A stretch of DNA of 64,000 nt from Verrucomicrobiia bacterium. Lineage in GTDB: Bacteria > Verrucomicrobiota > Verrucomicrobiia > Limisphaerales > JADLHS01. The stretch lies in assembly GCA_011525685.1 (NCBI GenBank), contig WYBW01000089.1, positions 2,697 to 66,696 on the forward strand, written 5' to 3'. The notes beneath the pieces were generated by a model that was given only the letters and a program-made list of their open reading frames with translations, was not told the origin of the DNA and searched no databases. Positions 19,263-29,524 of this stretch are shown here, piece by piece (the first letter of the stretch is position 1; each line of letters starts with the position of its first letter). The position numbers and the translations under genes were made by a program.

Positions 19263-20155
19263 ACATCCTGATTCTCAAACTCAACGCCACCGGTGACGTG
19301 GTTCGCACCACGTCCCTTCTGCGTCGGCTCAACGGCGACATCACCTGGATTACCGCCGCCAACAATGCTGTGCTGCTCGAAGGTCTGGCCGCGAATCTGC
19401 GCTGCCTGACCTGGGAGAATCGCCATCTGGCGCGCGACCGTTCCTACGACCTGGTGATCAATCTCGAGGACGATACCGGCCCGGCGGCGTTTGTCGCGGA
19501 GCTGCGTTCCGGGAGATTGTTCGGCGCCTGTCTCAACGGGTCGGACAAGGTGGCTTACACGCCGGATGCGCGGGGGTGGTTCGACCTGAGCCTGGTGAGC
19601 CGCCATGGCCGCGCCGCGGCCGATCAACTCAAGCTTCAGAATCGCCGCACCTACCAGGACCTGATTTTCGAGGGACTTGGGTTCCGCTTCCAGGGCGAAC
19701 CGTACCTATTGCCCAAGCCCTTTCCTACGGACTTGAGGGGCGACGTGGCCATTGCGGCGGCGGCCGGACCGGTATGGCCCATGAAGCAATGGGCCTATTA
19801 TGACCAGCTCAAGCTCAAGCTGGAGGCGGAAGGGTTGCGCGTGAACGTGCTGCCCAAACGGCCCAGCCTGCTTGAGCACTTGGGAGATGTGGCTCAACAC
19901 CGGGTGTTGGTGGGGGGCGACAGCCTGCCGATGCACCTGGCTCTTGGGGTGGGCACGCCATGTGTAACGATTTTCAACTGTACCAGTCCTTGGGAGATTC
20001 ACGAATACGGCATCCAAACCAAACTGGTTTCTCCCTTGTTGGAGGAGTTCTTTTACAAACGCGGCTTCGATGAGCGCGCCACCCGGGCGATCGGTCTCGA
20101 GGAGGTGTACCAAGCCACGCTGGACGGGTTGGCAAAGTCGCCGGCATGCAACTGA
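19259..20155 (+). CDS. Glycosyltransferase family 9 (heptosyltransferase-like)
   Basis: MNILILKLNATGDVVRTTSLLRRL matches the GT9 N-terminal pattern (ILIIRLSALGDVV-like). GGDSLPMHLALGVGTPCVTIF matches the C-terminal GT9 motif. ATGA overlap with the upstream gene. Confidence 0.75.
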   Translation: MNILILKLNATGDVVRTTSLLRRLNGDITWITAANNAVLLEGLAANLRCLTWENRHLARDRSYDLVINLEDDTGPAAFVAELRSGRLFGACLNGSDKVAYTPDARGWFDLSLVSRHGRAAADQLKLQNRRTYQDLIFEGLGFRFQGEPYLLPKPFPTDLRGDVAIAAAAGPVWPMKQWAYYDQLKLKLEAEGLRVNVLPKRPSLLEHLGDVAQHRVLVGGDSLPMHLALGVGTPCVTIFNCTSPWEIHEYGIQTKLVSPLLEEFFYKRGFDERATRAIGLEEVYQATLDGLAKSPACN

Positions 20156-20158
20156 GTC

Positions 20159-21448
20159 ATGGTCAGGGAGACAACACCACAAACGCCCACGATCCAGAAT
20201 GCCCCAGCCCGGACTGTGACACCGCAGGTGGCCATCCTGACTGGCGGAGCGGACAAGCCCTACGCGCTCGGTCTGGCGAACAGCCTGTTGGCAGAGGGCG
20301 TGACGTTCGATTTCATCGGCAGTGATTTCGTGGATGGACCGGAACTGCATGGCAATTCCCGCGTGCGTTTCCTAAACCTGCGAGGCGACCAGGACCCCGC
20401 GGCCACCCTCGCTCGAAAAGTTTGGCGTGTTTTGATCTACTACCTCCGCCTCTTGCGTTACGCGATTACCTCGCCCGCGCCGGTGTTCCATGTGCTCTGG
20501 AACAACAAGATCGAGCATTTCGATCGGACGTTGCTGATGTTGTTTTACCGGCTTTGCCGCAAACGCATCGTTTTTACGGCGCACAATGTGAATGTGTGCA
20601 AACGCGATGGCAACGATTCCTGGTTCAACCGGTGGACTTTGGGGGTTCAGTACCGTCTGGTCTCCCACATCTTTGTACATACCGAAAGGATGAAGTGCGA
20701 GCTGATGGAAGACTTCGGGGTGGAATCTGGAAAGGTGAGCGTGATTCCCTTTGGCATCAACAGCACGGTACCGAACACGGACCTGACGCCCGCGGCGGCT
20801 CGCCAAAAATTGGGATTGCTTCCTGAGCACAAGGTCGTCCTCTTCTTTGGAAACATCGCGCCGTATAAAGGCTTGGAGTATCTGGTTGCCGCCGTGGCTC
20901 GGCTCGCGGGGCAAATGCCCGAGATGCGGCTGGTGATTGCGGGCCGGCCCAAGGGCGAAGCGGAGTATTGGGCCAGCATTGAAAGGCAGCTTCGTGAGTC
21001 AGACATCCGCGAACGGGTCTTGACACGCATCGAGTATGTGCCTGACGAAGACACCGAAATCTTCTTCAAGGCCGCCGATGTACTTGTCTTGCCCTATACT
21101 CATATCTTCCAATCTGGTGTCCTGTTTTTGGGATATAATTTTGGGCTTCCCGTCATCGCGTCAGACGTCGGCTCGTTGAAGGAGGAAGTGATGGAAGGCC
21201 GCACAGGTTTGATCTGCCGACCGGCAGACGTCAACGACTTGGCAGGCTGCCTCAAGGGGTATTTCAGCGGTGAGGTGTTTCGCAGGCTCGCTGTTCATCG
21301 TGAAGCGATCCGCGCCTTTGCCCAAGACCGTTACTCTTGGTGCAAGGTTGGCCAAATCACGCGCGACGTTTACGTCCGCCTAAAGGCAGGCTCTCTTTCC
21401 GATTCGGTTGCTTTACGGGCGCGCCGTCAACACGCTTCCGCCCGTTGA
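20159..21448 (+). CDS. Glycosyltransferase, GT4 family
   Basis: LLFFGNIAPYKGLEYLV, ADVLVLPYTHIFQSGVLFLGYNFGLPVIASDVGSLKEEVMEGRTGLI (E-x7-E region). Confidence 0.85.
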   Translation: MVRETTPQTPTIQNAPARTVTPQVAILTGGADKPYALGLANSLLAEGVTFDFIGSDFVDGPELHGNSRVRFLNLRGDQDPAATLARKVWRVLIYYLRLLRYAITSPAPVFHVLWNNKIEHFDRTLLMLFYRLCRKRIVFTAHNVNVCKRDGNDSWFNRWTLGVQYRLVSHIFVHTERMKCELMEDFGVESGKVSVIPFGINSTVPNTDLTPAAARQKLGLLPEHKVVLFFGNIAPYKGLEYLVAAVARLAGQMPEMRLVIAGRPKGEAEYWASIERQLRESDIRERVLTRIEYVPDEDTEIFFKAADVLVLPYTHIFQSGVLFLGYNFGLPVIASDVGSLKEEVMEGRTGLICRPADVNDLAGCLKGYFSGEVFRRLAVHREAIRAFAQDRYSWCKVGQITRDVYVRLKAGSLSDSVALRARRQHASAR

Positions 21449-21697
21449 TTTTCCGCCGGCCATTTGATCCGTGCAAAATCCTTGTTTGGCCAGAAGAGAG
21501 ACAGCCAAGTCGCTGCTTGCATGGCATTCCCTGAGCCGCCATGTTCGCCTACAGGTTGCGAGACAACTTCCTCGAACGATGCGCAAGTTGGTCGCGTCAG
21601 TGTGTGAATTCTGTGATGAGTAATGTCAGAGGTTGATACACGGCTTGCCGACACTTGGGTTGCATGGCGGGGAACGGATCATGCTGGTTATTCCGAT

Positions 21698-24600
21698 ATG
21701 GATATGGAGTGTCGAGAGATTCACCCTAGTGCGCATGGGTTCGAAGTGAGGCTCTTGGTTGTTGTTCTTGGGTTGGCCATGCTGGCTGGCCCTGCCATGG
21801 CGGCTACGATCACGGCGGCCAGCGCCTCGCTGGCGGACGTGCAGGCGGCGGTGAACTCGGCCAGCGACGGGGACACGGTGCTGATCCCCAACGGCAGCGT
21901 GACGTGGACGGGCGGCATCAGCACCAGCAAGCAAATCCTGATCCGGGCGCAGAACTACACGCCGACGCCCGCGGGCATGGCCGGCAGCGGGGCCACCTCG
22001 CGCAGCGTCACCATCCAGAACAATTCGGGATCTCCGCTGTTTGCACTCACAACCGGCAACAGCCACCACGTCGGTCTGGCCGGAATCGCCTTCATTGACG
22101 GCGGTGGCAGCGGGGCGCACTTCAGCGTGGCGGGCAGCGGCTCGAAAGTGGCGCTGGTCAGCGACCTTTATTTCACCCTGCGGAATCGTTTCTGGCCGGC
22201 GCAGGCCGCGATTGTCTGGACGGCGCAGGGCGGTGTGTTGTGGAACCTCTACGGGGACGCGACCTCGGCCACGTCCTCGACGGGCGGCGTGGGCACGGAC
22301 GGCGTGGGCATGTTTGTGTCCAGTCCGCGCGCATGGAACACGGCTTCGACGATGGGCACACTGGACACGGGCGGCACGGTGAACGTGTACATCGAGGACA
22401 GCACCTTCAAGAACATGAGCCAGTTCCCCGACATAGACGACAACGGGCGGCTGGTGATGCGCTACTGTCTGCTGGACGGGACATGGGGGTTGACGCATGG
22501 GTTTACCTCCACCTGGGGCGGGCGGCATTGGGAATACTACAACAACACGTTCAGCGTGACTTACAACACGTCGCCCTACCGCAACATGGCCGGGCGCTAC
22601 TTCTGGTGCCGGGCCGGCACGGGCATCTTCACGGACAATGTGGTGAACACACCGGTCAACAGTTCCCAATGGGGAAATGTCTCGCTTCTGAACATCGGTG
22701 ACAACACGTCGCCCGGCAGTTATCCGCAGGCGAGGCAACCGGGTTGGGGACATAACGGAGCGAACAACGTGCTCGATCCCATATATGTGTGGAGTCACAC
22801 CGGTGGGAGGGCTTACACTTATGGCTTTCAGGGATCTTGGGGCAACATCGTGCAGGTGAACCGCGAGCTTTATGTCAACAACGGCGCCAAGCCGGGTTAC
22901 TCGAAATTCACCTATCCGCATCCGCTGCGCGGTGGTGGGCCTCCGACTGAAACCCCACCTACGATCTCCGGGAATCCGCAAAGTGCAGTTCGGCTGCAGG
23001 GCGAGAGTGTAAGTTTCACGGTGTCGGTTAATGGTTCCACGCCGCTCTCGTATCAATGGCAGAAGAACCAGGCGAACATTCCCGGCGCGACCGCGGCCAC
23101 TTATACGATTGCCAGTGTCCAGACCAACGATGCCGGGAATTACCGGTGCGTGGTGACCAACGCCTATGGCTCGGCCACCAGTGCGGCGGCGGCGCTCACA
23201 GTGAACATTCCAACCCCTGTTCCGGCGAGCATTACCGCTCAACCGCAAAGTCTTTCCCGCACCGTGGGCCAGAGCGCCATGTTCACGGTCACCGCCGCCG
23301 GCGATGCACCTCTGGTCTATCAGTGGCAGAAGAACGGTGTGAATGTGCCAGGGGCCAATGCAGCCAGCTACTCCATCGCCAGTGTCCAGACGAATGACGC
23401 AGGCAACTTCCGTTGTGTGGTGACCAACGCTTACGGATCGGCCACGAGCGCCGTCGCCACGTTGACCGTCACAGTTCCGTTGCCCGAGCCGGCCAGCATT
23501 GTTACGCATCCGCAAAGCCTGACGCGGACGGTGGGCCAGAGCGCAACCTTCAGCGTGGTTGCGGCCGGCACGGCGCCCCTCACCTATCAATGGCAAAAGA
23601 ACGGCCTGAACCTCGCGGGCGCCGTGGCCGCCAGCTTTACCATTGCCAGTGTGCAGACCAACGATGCGGGCAGTTTTCGCTGCCTGGTCAGCAACGCTTT
23701 CGGCTCGGCGACCAGCAGCGTCGCGACCCTGACAGTCAATCCGGCCGCTGCCGGAAATGTTCGCTACGTGGATTTTGTCTCCGGCAATGACAGCAATCCG
23801 GGCACGGCCGCGAGTCCGTGGCGGCGTTGCCCTGGCATGGTGGGCTGGAGTGGCTCAGCCACGCTGCAACCGGGTGACACCGTCTATTTCAATCTGGCCC
23901 GCACCTGGGACCTGGGCGCCAACAGTTCAGGCCCGGGTTTGGACTTGAAGGCCGGGGTGCATTACATCGGCAACCAGTGGGATCCGCAGGGGGTGGGCAC
24001 TGGACGGGCGGTGCTCCGCGCCACCGGCCGGCACGAGGCCGGGGTGGTCCGGTTCTGGGAAGATCACGCCACGCTGCCAACGTGGTTGCAGGGATTTGAA
24101 ATCAACGCCAATGGCCAGCGGGCCAACCTGATTGACATCAACCACTCCTTCTGGAAAACGGGCCTGACCAAGGCGGTCAAGCGCATCGAGGACTGCGTGG
24201 CGCACAGCAATTCCGGCAACGGCAGTGAAGGAGACTACAAATACGGCATCATCATTTCCGACAATTCATCCGATGCCTCCGGTTGGGTCGCGAACGTGGA
24301 GATTCTGAACACGGTGGTGTTCAACGTGCCGCGGGACGCCATCTGCCTCTATCCCGGCAACAATGGCATGATTTCCAATATCGTGGTGCGTGGTTGCGAG
24401 GTTTACAGCACCGGCACGGACCCGAGTTATTCGGAGGGCCACGGCCTGATGTTCAAAGGCAACGTGAAGAATTCCGTGTTTGAGTTCAACTACGCGCATG
24501 ACGTCAATTCATCCGCGGTGTTCATCAACGGGCCGGAGTCGGGCAGCGGCCCGGGTCCCAGCGGATGCGTGGCGCGATACAACATTCTGCAGACCGCGGA

Positions 24601-25243
24601 TAACAACGGCGTCATCCGCTACTACGGGACTGGTTCCAAGTCGGTGGACATCATCGGGAATCTGGTGTTGCCGAACGAGGACACCGGCGGGTTGAGTTTC
24701 TCCGGGAATTCCGGCGCCATCACGGCCCGCATTTACAACAACACGTTCTACAATTCGTATGTCAACCTTGGCAACCCCACGTCCACCGGCACGATCGAAT
24801 TTCGAAACAACATCATTTACGAACTGGATGATGTGCCGTTGACCGACTCGGGTTCGGACATCACGGCCCACTCCCACAATCTGTTTTACCGGGCCAACAG
24901 CGGCGCGCGGGCGCAAATCGGCGGCACCAGTTACACGACCACCAGCATCACCAGTTGGGAGCCGACCGCCCGGACCGCCGATCCGCTGTTCAAGAATCCG
25001 GCCAATCTGCCCGGCGGTTTCATCCTGACTGGAAGCGGCGTGCTGGTGCCAAATACCGATGGGTTGTCCCTGCAGGAGGGCTCGCCCGCCCTGGGTGTGG
25101 GCGCGGATCTGGGTGCGGCCTTCAGTGGCAGCATCAACGGCACGGCGCGCCCGGCGGGTGCGGCGTGGGATTTGGGAGCTTACCAGCGGGTCGCCGGCGC
25201 CGCACCGCCGTCACCTCCTCGCAACCTGGCGGTCATTCCGTAG
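21698..25243 (+). CDS. Secreted protein: pectate-lyase-fold beta-helix domain, three tandem Ig (I-set-like) domains, second right-handed beta-helix domain
   Basis: The tracked ORF starts at 21623. Likely starts are ATG 21698, ATG 21704 or GTG 21746, ahead of the signal peptide RLLVVVLGLAMLAGPAMAA. The first domain ends ...KFTYPHPLR. Three repeats follow, each with QWQKNG...SVQTNDAGN[YF]RCVVTNAYGSATS. The second domain starts NVRYVDFVSGNDSNPGTAASPW and ends AAWDLGAYQ. Confidence 0.8.
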   Translation: MDMECREIHPSAHGFEVRLLVVVLGLAMLAGPAMAATITAASASLADVQAAVNSASDGDTVLIPNGSVTWTGGISTSKQILIRAQNYTPTPAGMAGSGATSRSVTIQNNSGSPLFALTTGNSHHVGLAGIAFIDGGGSGAHFSVAGSGSKVALVSDLYFTLRNRFWPAQAAIVWTAQGGVLWNLYGDATSATSSTGGVGTDGVGMFVSSPRAWNTASTMGTLDTGGTVNVYIEDSTFKNMSQFPDIDDNGRLVMRYCLLDGTWGLTHGFTSTWGGRHWEYYNNTFSVTYNTSPYRNMAGRYFWCRAGTGIFTDNVVNTPVNSSQWGNVSLLNIGDNTSPGSYPQARQPGWGHNGANNVLDPIYVWSHTGGRAYTYGFQGSWGNIVQVNRELYVNNGAKPGYSKFTYPHPLRGGGPPTETPPTISGNPQSAVRLQGESVSFTVSVNGSTPLSYQWQKNQANIPGATAATYTIASVQTNDAGNYRCVVTNAYGSATSAAAALTVNIPTPVPASITAQPQSLSRTVGQSAMFTVTAAGDAPLVYQWQKNGVNVPGANAASYSIASVQTNDAGNFRCVVTNAYGSATSAVATLTVTVPLPEPASIVTHPQSLTRTVGQSATFSVVAAGTAPLTYQWQKNGLNLAGAVAASFTIASVQTNDAGSFRCLVSNAFGSATSSVATLTVNPAAAGNVRYVDFVSGNDSNPGTAASPWRRCPGMVGWSGSATLQPGDTVYFNLARTWDLGANSSGPGLDLKAGVHYIGNQWDPQGVGTGRAVLRATGRHEAGVVRFWEDHATLPTWLQGFEINANGQRANLIDINHSFWKTGLTKAVKRIEDCVAHSNSGNGSEGDYKYGIIISDNSSDASGWVANVEILNTVVFNVPRDAICLYPGNNGMISNIVVRGCEVYSTGTDPSYSEGHGLMFKGNVKNSVFEFNYAHDVNSSAVFINGPESGSGPGPSGCVARYNILQTADNNGVIRYYGTGSKSVDIIGNLVLPNEDTGGLSFSGNSGAITARIYNNTFYNSYVNLGNPTSTGTIEFRNNIIYELDDVPLTDSGSDITAHSHNLFYRANSGARAQIGGTSYTTTSITSWEPTARTADPLFKNPANLPGGFILTGSGVLVPNTDGLSLQEGSPALGVGADLGAAFSGSINGTARPAGAAWDLGAYQRVAGAAPPSPPRNLAVIP
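22955..23755 (+). repeat. 3 x 267-nt in-frame tandem repeat encoding Ig I-set-like domains
   Basis: Repeat units start at 22955, 23222 and 23489, an exact 267-nt (89-aa) period. Conserved blocks: YQWQKN, IASVQTNDAG, RC[VL]V[TS]NA[YF]GSATS, LTV. Confidence 0.85.
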
Positions 25244-25399
25244 TCAGGACACGCCACAGGGCGTGGTCCGGTATCAACCACTCCTCCAGGCATGCTTCTG
25301 TCGTATGGATTTCAATCCAACAGTAGCCGTGATTGGTGAAGATTCTCGCGCTGCGAGAACTCCGCCCACGTAGCCGCGGGCGGTCTTTGTTTGCGAAGA

Positions 25400-25472
25400 C
25401 CCTGCGGTTGAGAAAGCAAATCGTTGCACGGCGGATGGTGGTGGAGGTGTTCGCAATGCGAAAGCCGCCACC
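25400..25472. repeat. Second copy of the REP-like modules seen at 17164-17337
   Basis: CCCTGCGGTTGAG at 25400-25412 is identical to 17164-17176. The imperfect palindrome GGTGGTGGAGGTGTTCGCaatGCGAAAGCCGCCACC at 25437-25472 matches ...GGTTTTCGCggcGCGAAAACCTCCACCACC at 17302-17337 at about 75% by eye. Confidence 0.5.
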
Positions 25473-25577
25473 CCGTCGTTCTGTCCAGCAGCCGCAGAGT
25501 TCCCGAAAGTATGATAGTTGCCTGGTTCGCCGGATTCTCGAAATTCATCGGTTCTACAACTGAATCTTTCCGCTTCC

Positions 25578-26600
25578 GTGAAACCTTTGGTATCCATTCT
25601 GATCCCCGCCTATAACGCCGAGTCGTTCCTTGGCGACACGATCCGATCCGCCTTGGCGCAGACGTGGGAACGCAAGGAGATCATCATCGTGGATGATGGC
25701 TCGCGCGATGCCACGCTGGCGGTGGCGAAACAATTCGAGTCGGCGACGGTCAAGGTGGTTACGCATCCCAATCAGGGCGCGGCGGCAACTCGGAACAAGG
25801 CTTTTTCGCTTTGCCAGGGAGACTACATCCAGTGGTTGGACGCCGACGACCTGCTGAACCCGGGAAAAGTGTCGCGACAAATGGAGATTGCGGAGCGGGC
25901 CTCCAGCAAGCGAACACTCCTTTCCTCCGGGTGGGCTTACTTTATGTACCGTCCGCACAAGGCGAAATTCATCCCGACACCGCTTTGGGAGGATTTGTCG
26001 CCCTTGGAGTGGATGACGCGGAAACTGGAGCACAATCTGCACATGCAGACGGCGACCTGGCTGGTGAGCCGGGAACTGACGCAAGCGGCCGGGCCGTGGA
26101 ACACGCAGTTGTTGGGCGATGACGATGGCGAGTATTTTGCCCGGGTGCTGATGGCGAGCGAGCAGGTCAAGTTCGTGGCGGACAGCCGGGTGTATTACCG
26201 GATCAGTCCGGCGAGCCGTCTGAGCTACATCGGCCGATCTCACAGGAAGATGGAGGCGCAATGGCGCTCGATGGAGTTGAACGTTGGCTACATCCGCTCG
26301 CTGCAGGACAGCCCGAGGATTCGGGCAGCCTGTGTAAATTACCTCCGCACCTGGCTCCCCGATTTTCATCCCGAACGTCCGGACCTGGTGGCGCGAGCGC
26401 AAGCCTTGGCGGCCTCGCTGGGGGGGCGGTTGGAATTGCCCGAACCCTCGTGGAAGTATGTGCTCATCCAGAGGCTGTTCGGCTGGCCGGCGGCCAAGCG
26501 AACCCAGGTCTATTACAACCGGTGCAAATCCTCCCTCCTCAGAAGCTGGGACCGAGTGTGGTATCACCTGGAAGGAGCCCGGCCGGTTCTTTCGCGGTGA
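25578..26600 (+). CDS. Glycosyltransferase family 2
   Basis: A probable GTG start at 25578 gives MKPLVSILIPAYNAESFLGDTIRSALAQTWERKEIIIVDDGSRDATLAV. WLDADDLL (DxD). The tracked ORF starts at TTG 25518. Confidence 0.85.
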   Translation: MKPLVSILIPAYNAESFLGDTIRSALAQTWERKEIIIVDDGSRDATLAVAKQFESATVKVVTHPNQGAAATRNKAFSLCQGDYIQWLDADDLLNPGKVSRQMEIAERASSKRTLLSSGWAYFMYRPHKAKFIPTPLWEDLSPLEWMTRKLEHNLHMQTATWLVSRELTQAAGPWNTQLLGDDDGEYFARVLMASEQVKFVADSRVYYRISPASRLSYIGRSHRKMEAQWRSMELNVGYIRSLQDSPRIRAACVNYLRTWLPDFHPERPDLVARAQALAASLGGRLELPEPSWKYVLIQRLFGWPAAKRTQVYYNRCKSSLLRSWDRVWYHLEGARPVLSR

Positions 26601-26638
26601 AAACGCTCCTTCGCCAGTGGCAGTCAGACACTTGAGTC

Positions 26639-28231
26639 ATGTCCTCAACGGTTAGCGGCAGCAGTCCCGCGGCGATTCCGGTTTCCGGATCTTCGAGCGA
26701 GGCCATTCCGGTCACGCGGAAGGGCGGGAACACGTACGGCCAAATCCTCAAATCCTCGGCCTTGATCGGCGGCTCGACGGTCGTGACCGTTGCGGTGGGC
26801 ATCGTCCGGACCAAGGCCATGGCGGTTTTTCTGGGGACTGCCGGCTTCGGCTTGATGGGGCTTTTCAGTTCGATTGCCGATCTGGCCCGGAGCGTCGCGT
26901 CGTTGGGCATCAGCAGCAGCGGCGTCAGACAGATTGCCGAGTCCGTCGGCTCGGGTGACGAGGCGCGGATTGCCCGCACGGTGTTTGTGTTGCGGCGCGT
27001 CTCACTCTTGCTCGGTATTTTTGGTGCCATCCTCCTGGCGGTGTTTGCGCGACCCATGTCTGTATTGACGTTTGGCGACGACAAATATGCTCCCGCGGTG
27101 GTGCTGCTCTCGTTGGCGGTCTGGTTTCGGATTGTCAGCGACAGTCAGGCCGCCCTGGTGCAGGGCATGCGTCGGATCTCCGACCTGGCCCGAATGAACA
27201 TCATCGGAGCTGTCGCGGGCACCGCGCTGGCGATTCCCCTGGTGTACTTCCTCGGGGAGCAAGGCGTGGTGCCGTCACTCATTGGACTGGCGATCATGAC
27301 GCTGGTTGTGTCCTGGTGGTACAGCCGGAAGGTGAAAATATCGAAGCCCGTGGTGACGCGAGAGCAGTTGCGCGCCGAAGCGGGTGGACTCTTGAAACTC
27401 GGTGCCGCCTTCATGGCCAGTGCGTTGCTGACCATGGGCGCGGCTTACGCCGTGCGCCTCATCGTTTTGCGCAACGTGGGATTGGACGGCGCCGGGCTTT
27501 ATCAGGCCGCGTGGGCCATCGGCGGGCTTTACATCGGATTTATTCTGCAGGCGATGGGGGCGGACTTTTACCCCCGCCTGACGGGGATCGCGAAAGACAA
27601 TCAGGAATGTAACCGGCTGGTAAACGAACAGGCCGAGATCAGTCTGCTGATGGCCGGCCCTGGAGTGCTGGCCACGCTGACGTTTGCCCCTTGGGTGCTC
27701 ATGGTGTTTTATTCCAGAGAGTTTGAGGGAGCGGTGGAACTGTTGCGGTGGATTTGTCTGGGCATGACCTTGCGGGTCGTGGCCTGGCCCATGGGCTTCA
27801 TCATTCTGGCCAAGGGATTGAAAGGTGTTTTCTTCTGGACCGAAGTGGCCGCCACCGTTGTCCATGTCGGCTTGGCGCTCATGCTCGTTCCCTTCGTTGG
27901 CCTCTCGGGTGCGGGCATCGCTTTCCTGTGTCTCTACGTCTGGCACAGTCTGCTGATCTACTTCGTCGTGCGCCGGGTCAGCGGCTTTCGCTGGTCGGCG
28001 GCCAACCGGCAGGTGGGATTGTTGACCTTCGCCGTGGTGGGCGCGGTATTCTGCGGCTTCATCCTGCTGCCGTTCTGGGTCGCGACGATGATCGGCGCGC
28101 TGGGGGTCTTGTTGAGCGCGGGATTTTCCCTGCGGACGCTGGTTCGCCTGCTGCCGAAGGGGCGGATTCCAGCCCCGATTCGGCGGGTGCTTGAGCGCCT
28201 GGGCATGTTGCCCAGCTCACCAACAACGTGA
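26639..28231 (+). CDS. Wzx-type oligosaccharide flippase (MOP/polysaccharide biosynthesis protein family)
   Basis: 530 aa with about 12-14 hydrophobic helices throughout. General layout matches PST-family flippases. Confidence 0.75.
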   Translation: MSSTVSGSSPAAIPVSGSSSEAIPVTRKGGNTYGQILKSSALIGGSTVVTVAVGIVRTKAMAVFLGTAGFGLMGLFSSIADLARSVASLGISSSGVRQIAESVGSGDEARIARTVFVLRRVSLLLGIFGAILLAVFARPMSVLTFGDDKYAPAVVLLSLAVWFRIVSDSQAALVQGMRRISDLARMNIIGAVAGTALAIPLVYFLGEQGVVPSLIGLAIMTLVVSWWYSRKVKISKPVVTREQLRAEAGGLLKLGAAFMASALLTMGAAYAVRLIVLRNVGLDGAGLYQAAWAIGGLYIGFILQAMGADFYPRLTGIAKDNQECNRLVNEQAEISLLMAGPGVLATLTFAPWVLMVFYSREFEGAVELLRWICLGMTLRVVAWPMGFIILAKGLKGVFFWTEVAATVVHVGLALMLVPFVGLSGAGIAFLCLYVWHSLLIYFVVRRVSGFRWSAANRQVGLLTFAVVGAVFCGFILLPFWVATMIGALGVLLSAGFSLRTLVRLLPKGRIPAPIRRVLERLGMLPSSPTT

Positions 28232-28250
28232 ATTGGAGGGCAGCCCAGGC

Positions 28251-29516
28251 ATGAAGATACTCGTTTACGCGCATCAACTGGAGGTGGGAGGCACGCAGAC
28301 CAATGCCATCGAACTGGCGGCGGCGCTCCGGGACTTTCATGGCCACGAGGTGGTGATATTCGCGACGCCGGGGCCGATGGTGGAACTCATTCAGAAGAAA
28401 GGTCTGCGTTACCTTCCCGCCCCGGAAGGTTATCTGTGCCCTTCCCCGACGCGGATGCGGGCGTTGCGGCGGGCGGTGTGCGCGGAGCGGCCGGACCTCA
28501 TTCATGCGTGGGATTGGTGGCAGTGCCTCGACGCATACTATGGCGAACATCTCCTCCGGCGTATTCCGCTGGTCGTGACCGACATGATGATGGTTCTCAC
28601 CCGGATTCTACCCAAGCGGCTGCTGACCACCTTTGGAGTGCCGGAACTGGTGGATCAGGCCCGGGCGGCCGGTCGCCGGGCCGAGCTGCTCCTGCCGCCG
28701 GTGGATACCCGGCTGAATGCACCGGGGGCCGTAGAGGCGCGGGAGTTCCGTGAGCGTTACAACATCAAGAACGACGAACTGACGCTCGTGACGGTTTGCC
28801 GGCTGGAGAACCACATGAAAGGGGAAAGTCTGCGCCGAACCATCGCCGCCGTGCGGGAGTTGGGTCGGGAGTTGCCGCTGCGGCTGATGATCGTGGGCGA
28901 CGGGGTGGCCCGGGCGGAACTGGAGCAGTCGGCAGCCCAAGTAAACGCAGAAATGGGACGGTCGGCCGTGGTCTTGACCGGGGCCATGTTGGACCCAAGA
29001 CCCGCTTACGAGTTGGCTGACGTGGTCGTGGGAATGGGCGGCTCGGCTTTGCGAGGCATGGCGTTTGGCAAGGCGGTGCTCATTGTTGGCGAACAAGGGT
29101 TCTCCCTGCCCTTCTCTCCCGAAACCGCCGATTCGTTTTACTACCGGGGCATCTACGGCACGGGTGATGGCGACCCCGAAAACCGACGACACATCGAGAA
29201 TCTGCGCCGCTTGGCCAGAGATCGCGAAGCGCTCCAGCGCTTGGGCGACTTCGCCCGCCGGTTTGTTCTGCAGCATTTTGCACTGGAGACAGTTGCGGCC
29301 CGGTTGGACGGTTATTTCCGGGCGGCGGTGGGATCCGGCGTGCGGCGAGAGACCGCTGCGGTTGACGGTTTGAGAACTGCGGCGATCTGGTTGCGGGAAC
29401 GAAGGCTGGTTTCCTACCGGTTCTGGCAACGGGTCAAGAAGCCACGGGTCACGAGCCAGCATGCCAGTTTGTCTCCAGAGGTTATCAATCTGCAGCGTGA
29501 AACAAAATCGTGTTGA
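28251..29516 (+). CDS. Glycosyltransferase, GT4-like (GT-B)
   Basis: ATG 28251 (MKILVYAHQLEVGGTQTNAIELAAAL) is preceded by GGAGGG. The tracked ORF 28191 overlaps the flippase. The C-terminal half has ADVVVGMGGSALRGMAFGKAVLIVGEQG. Confidence 0.75.
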   Translation: MKILVYAHQLEVGGTQTNAIELAAALRDFHGHEVVIFATPGPMVELIQKKGLRYLPAPEGYLCPSPTRMRALRRAVCAERPDLIHAWDWWQCLDAYYGEHLLRRIPLVVTDMMMVLTRILPKRLLTTFGVPELVDQARAAGRRAELLLPPVDTRLNAPGAVEAREFRERYNIKNDELTLVTVCRLENHMKGESLRRTIAAVRELGRELPLRLMIVGDGVARAELEQSAAQVNAEMGRSAVVLTGAMLDPRPAYELADVVVGMGGSALRGMAFGKAVLIVGEQGFSLPFSPETADSFYYRGIYGTGDGDPENRRHIENLRRLARDREALQRLGDFARRFVLQHFALETVAARLDGYFRAAVGSGVRRETAAVDGLRTAAIWLRERRLVSYRFWQRVKKPRVTSQHASLSPEVINLQRETKSC

Positions 29517-29524
29517 AACCAGTC

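Noticed and set aside
25249-25271. Hairpin GGACACGCC acag GGCGTGGTCC right after the stop of the beta-helix protein, considered as a terminator.
   Set aside because: The stem has a bulge and there is no T-tract downstream. It may simply belong to the REP-like hairpin content of this gap.
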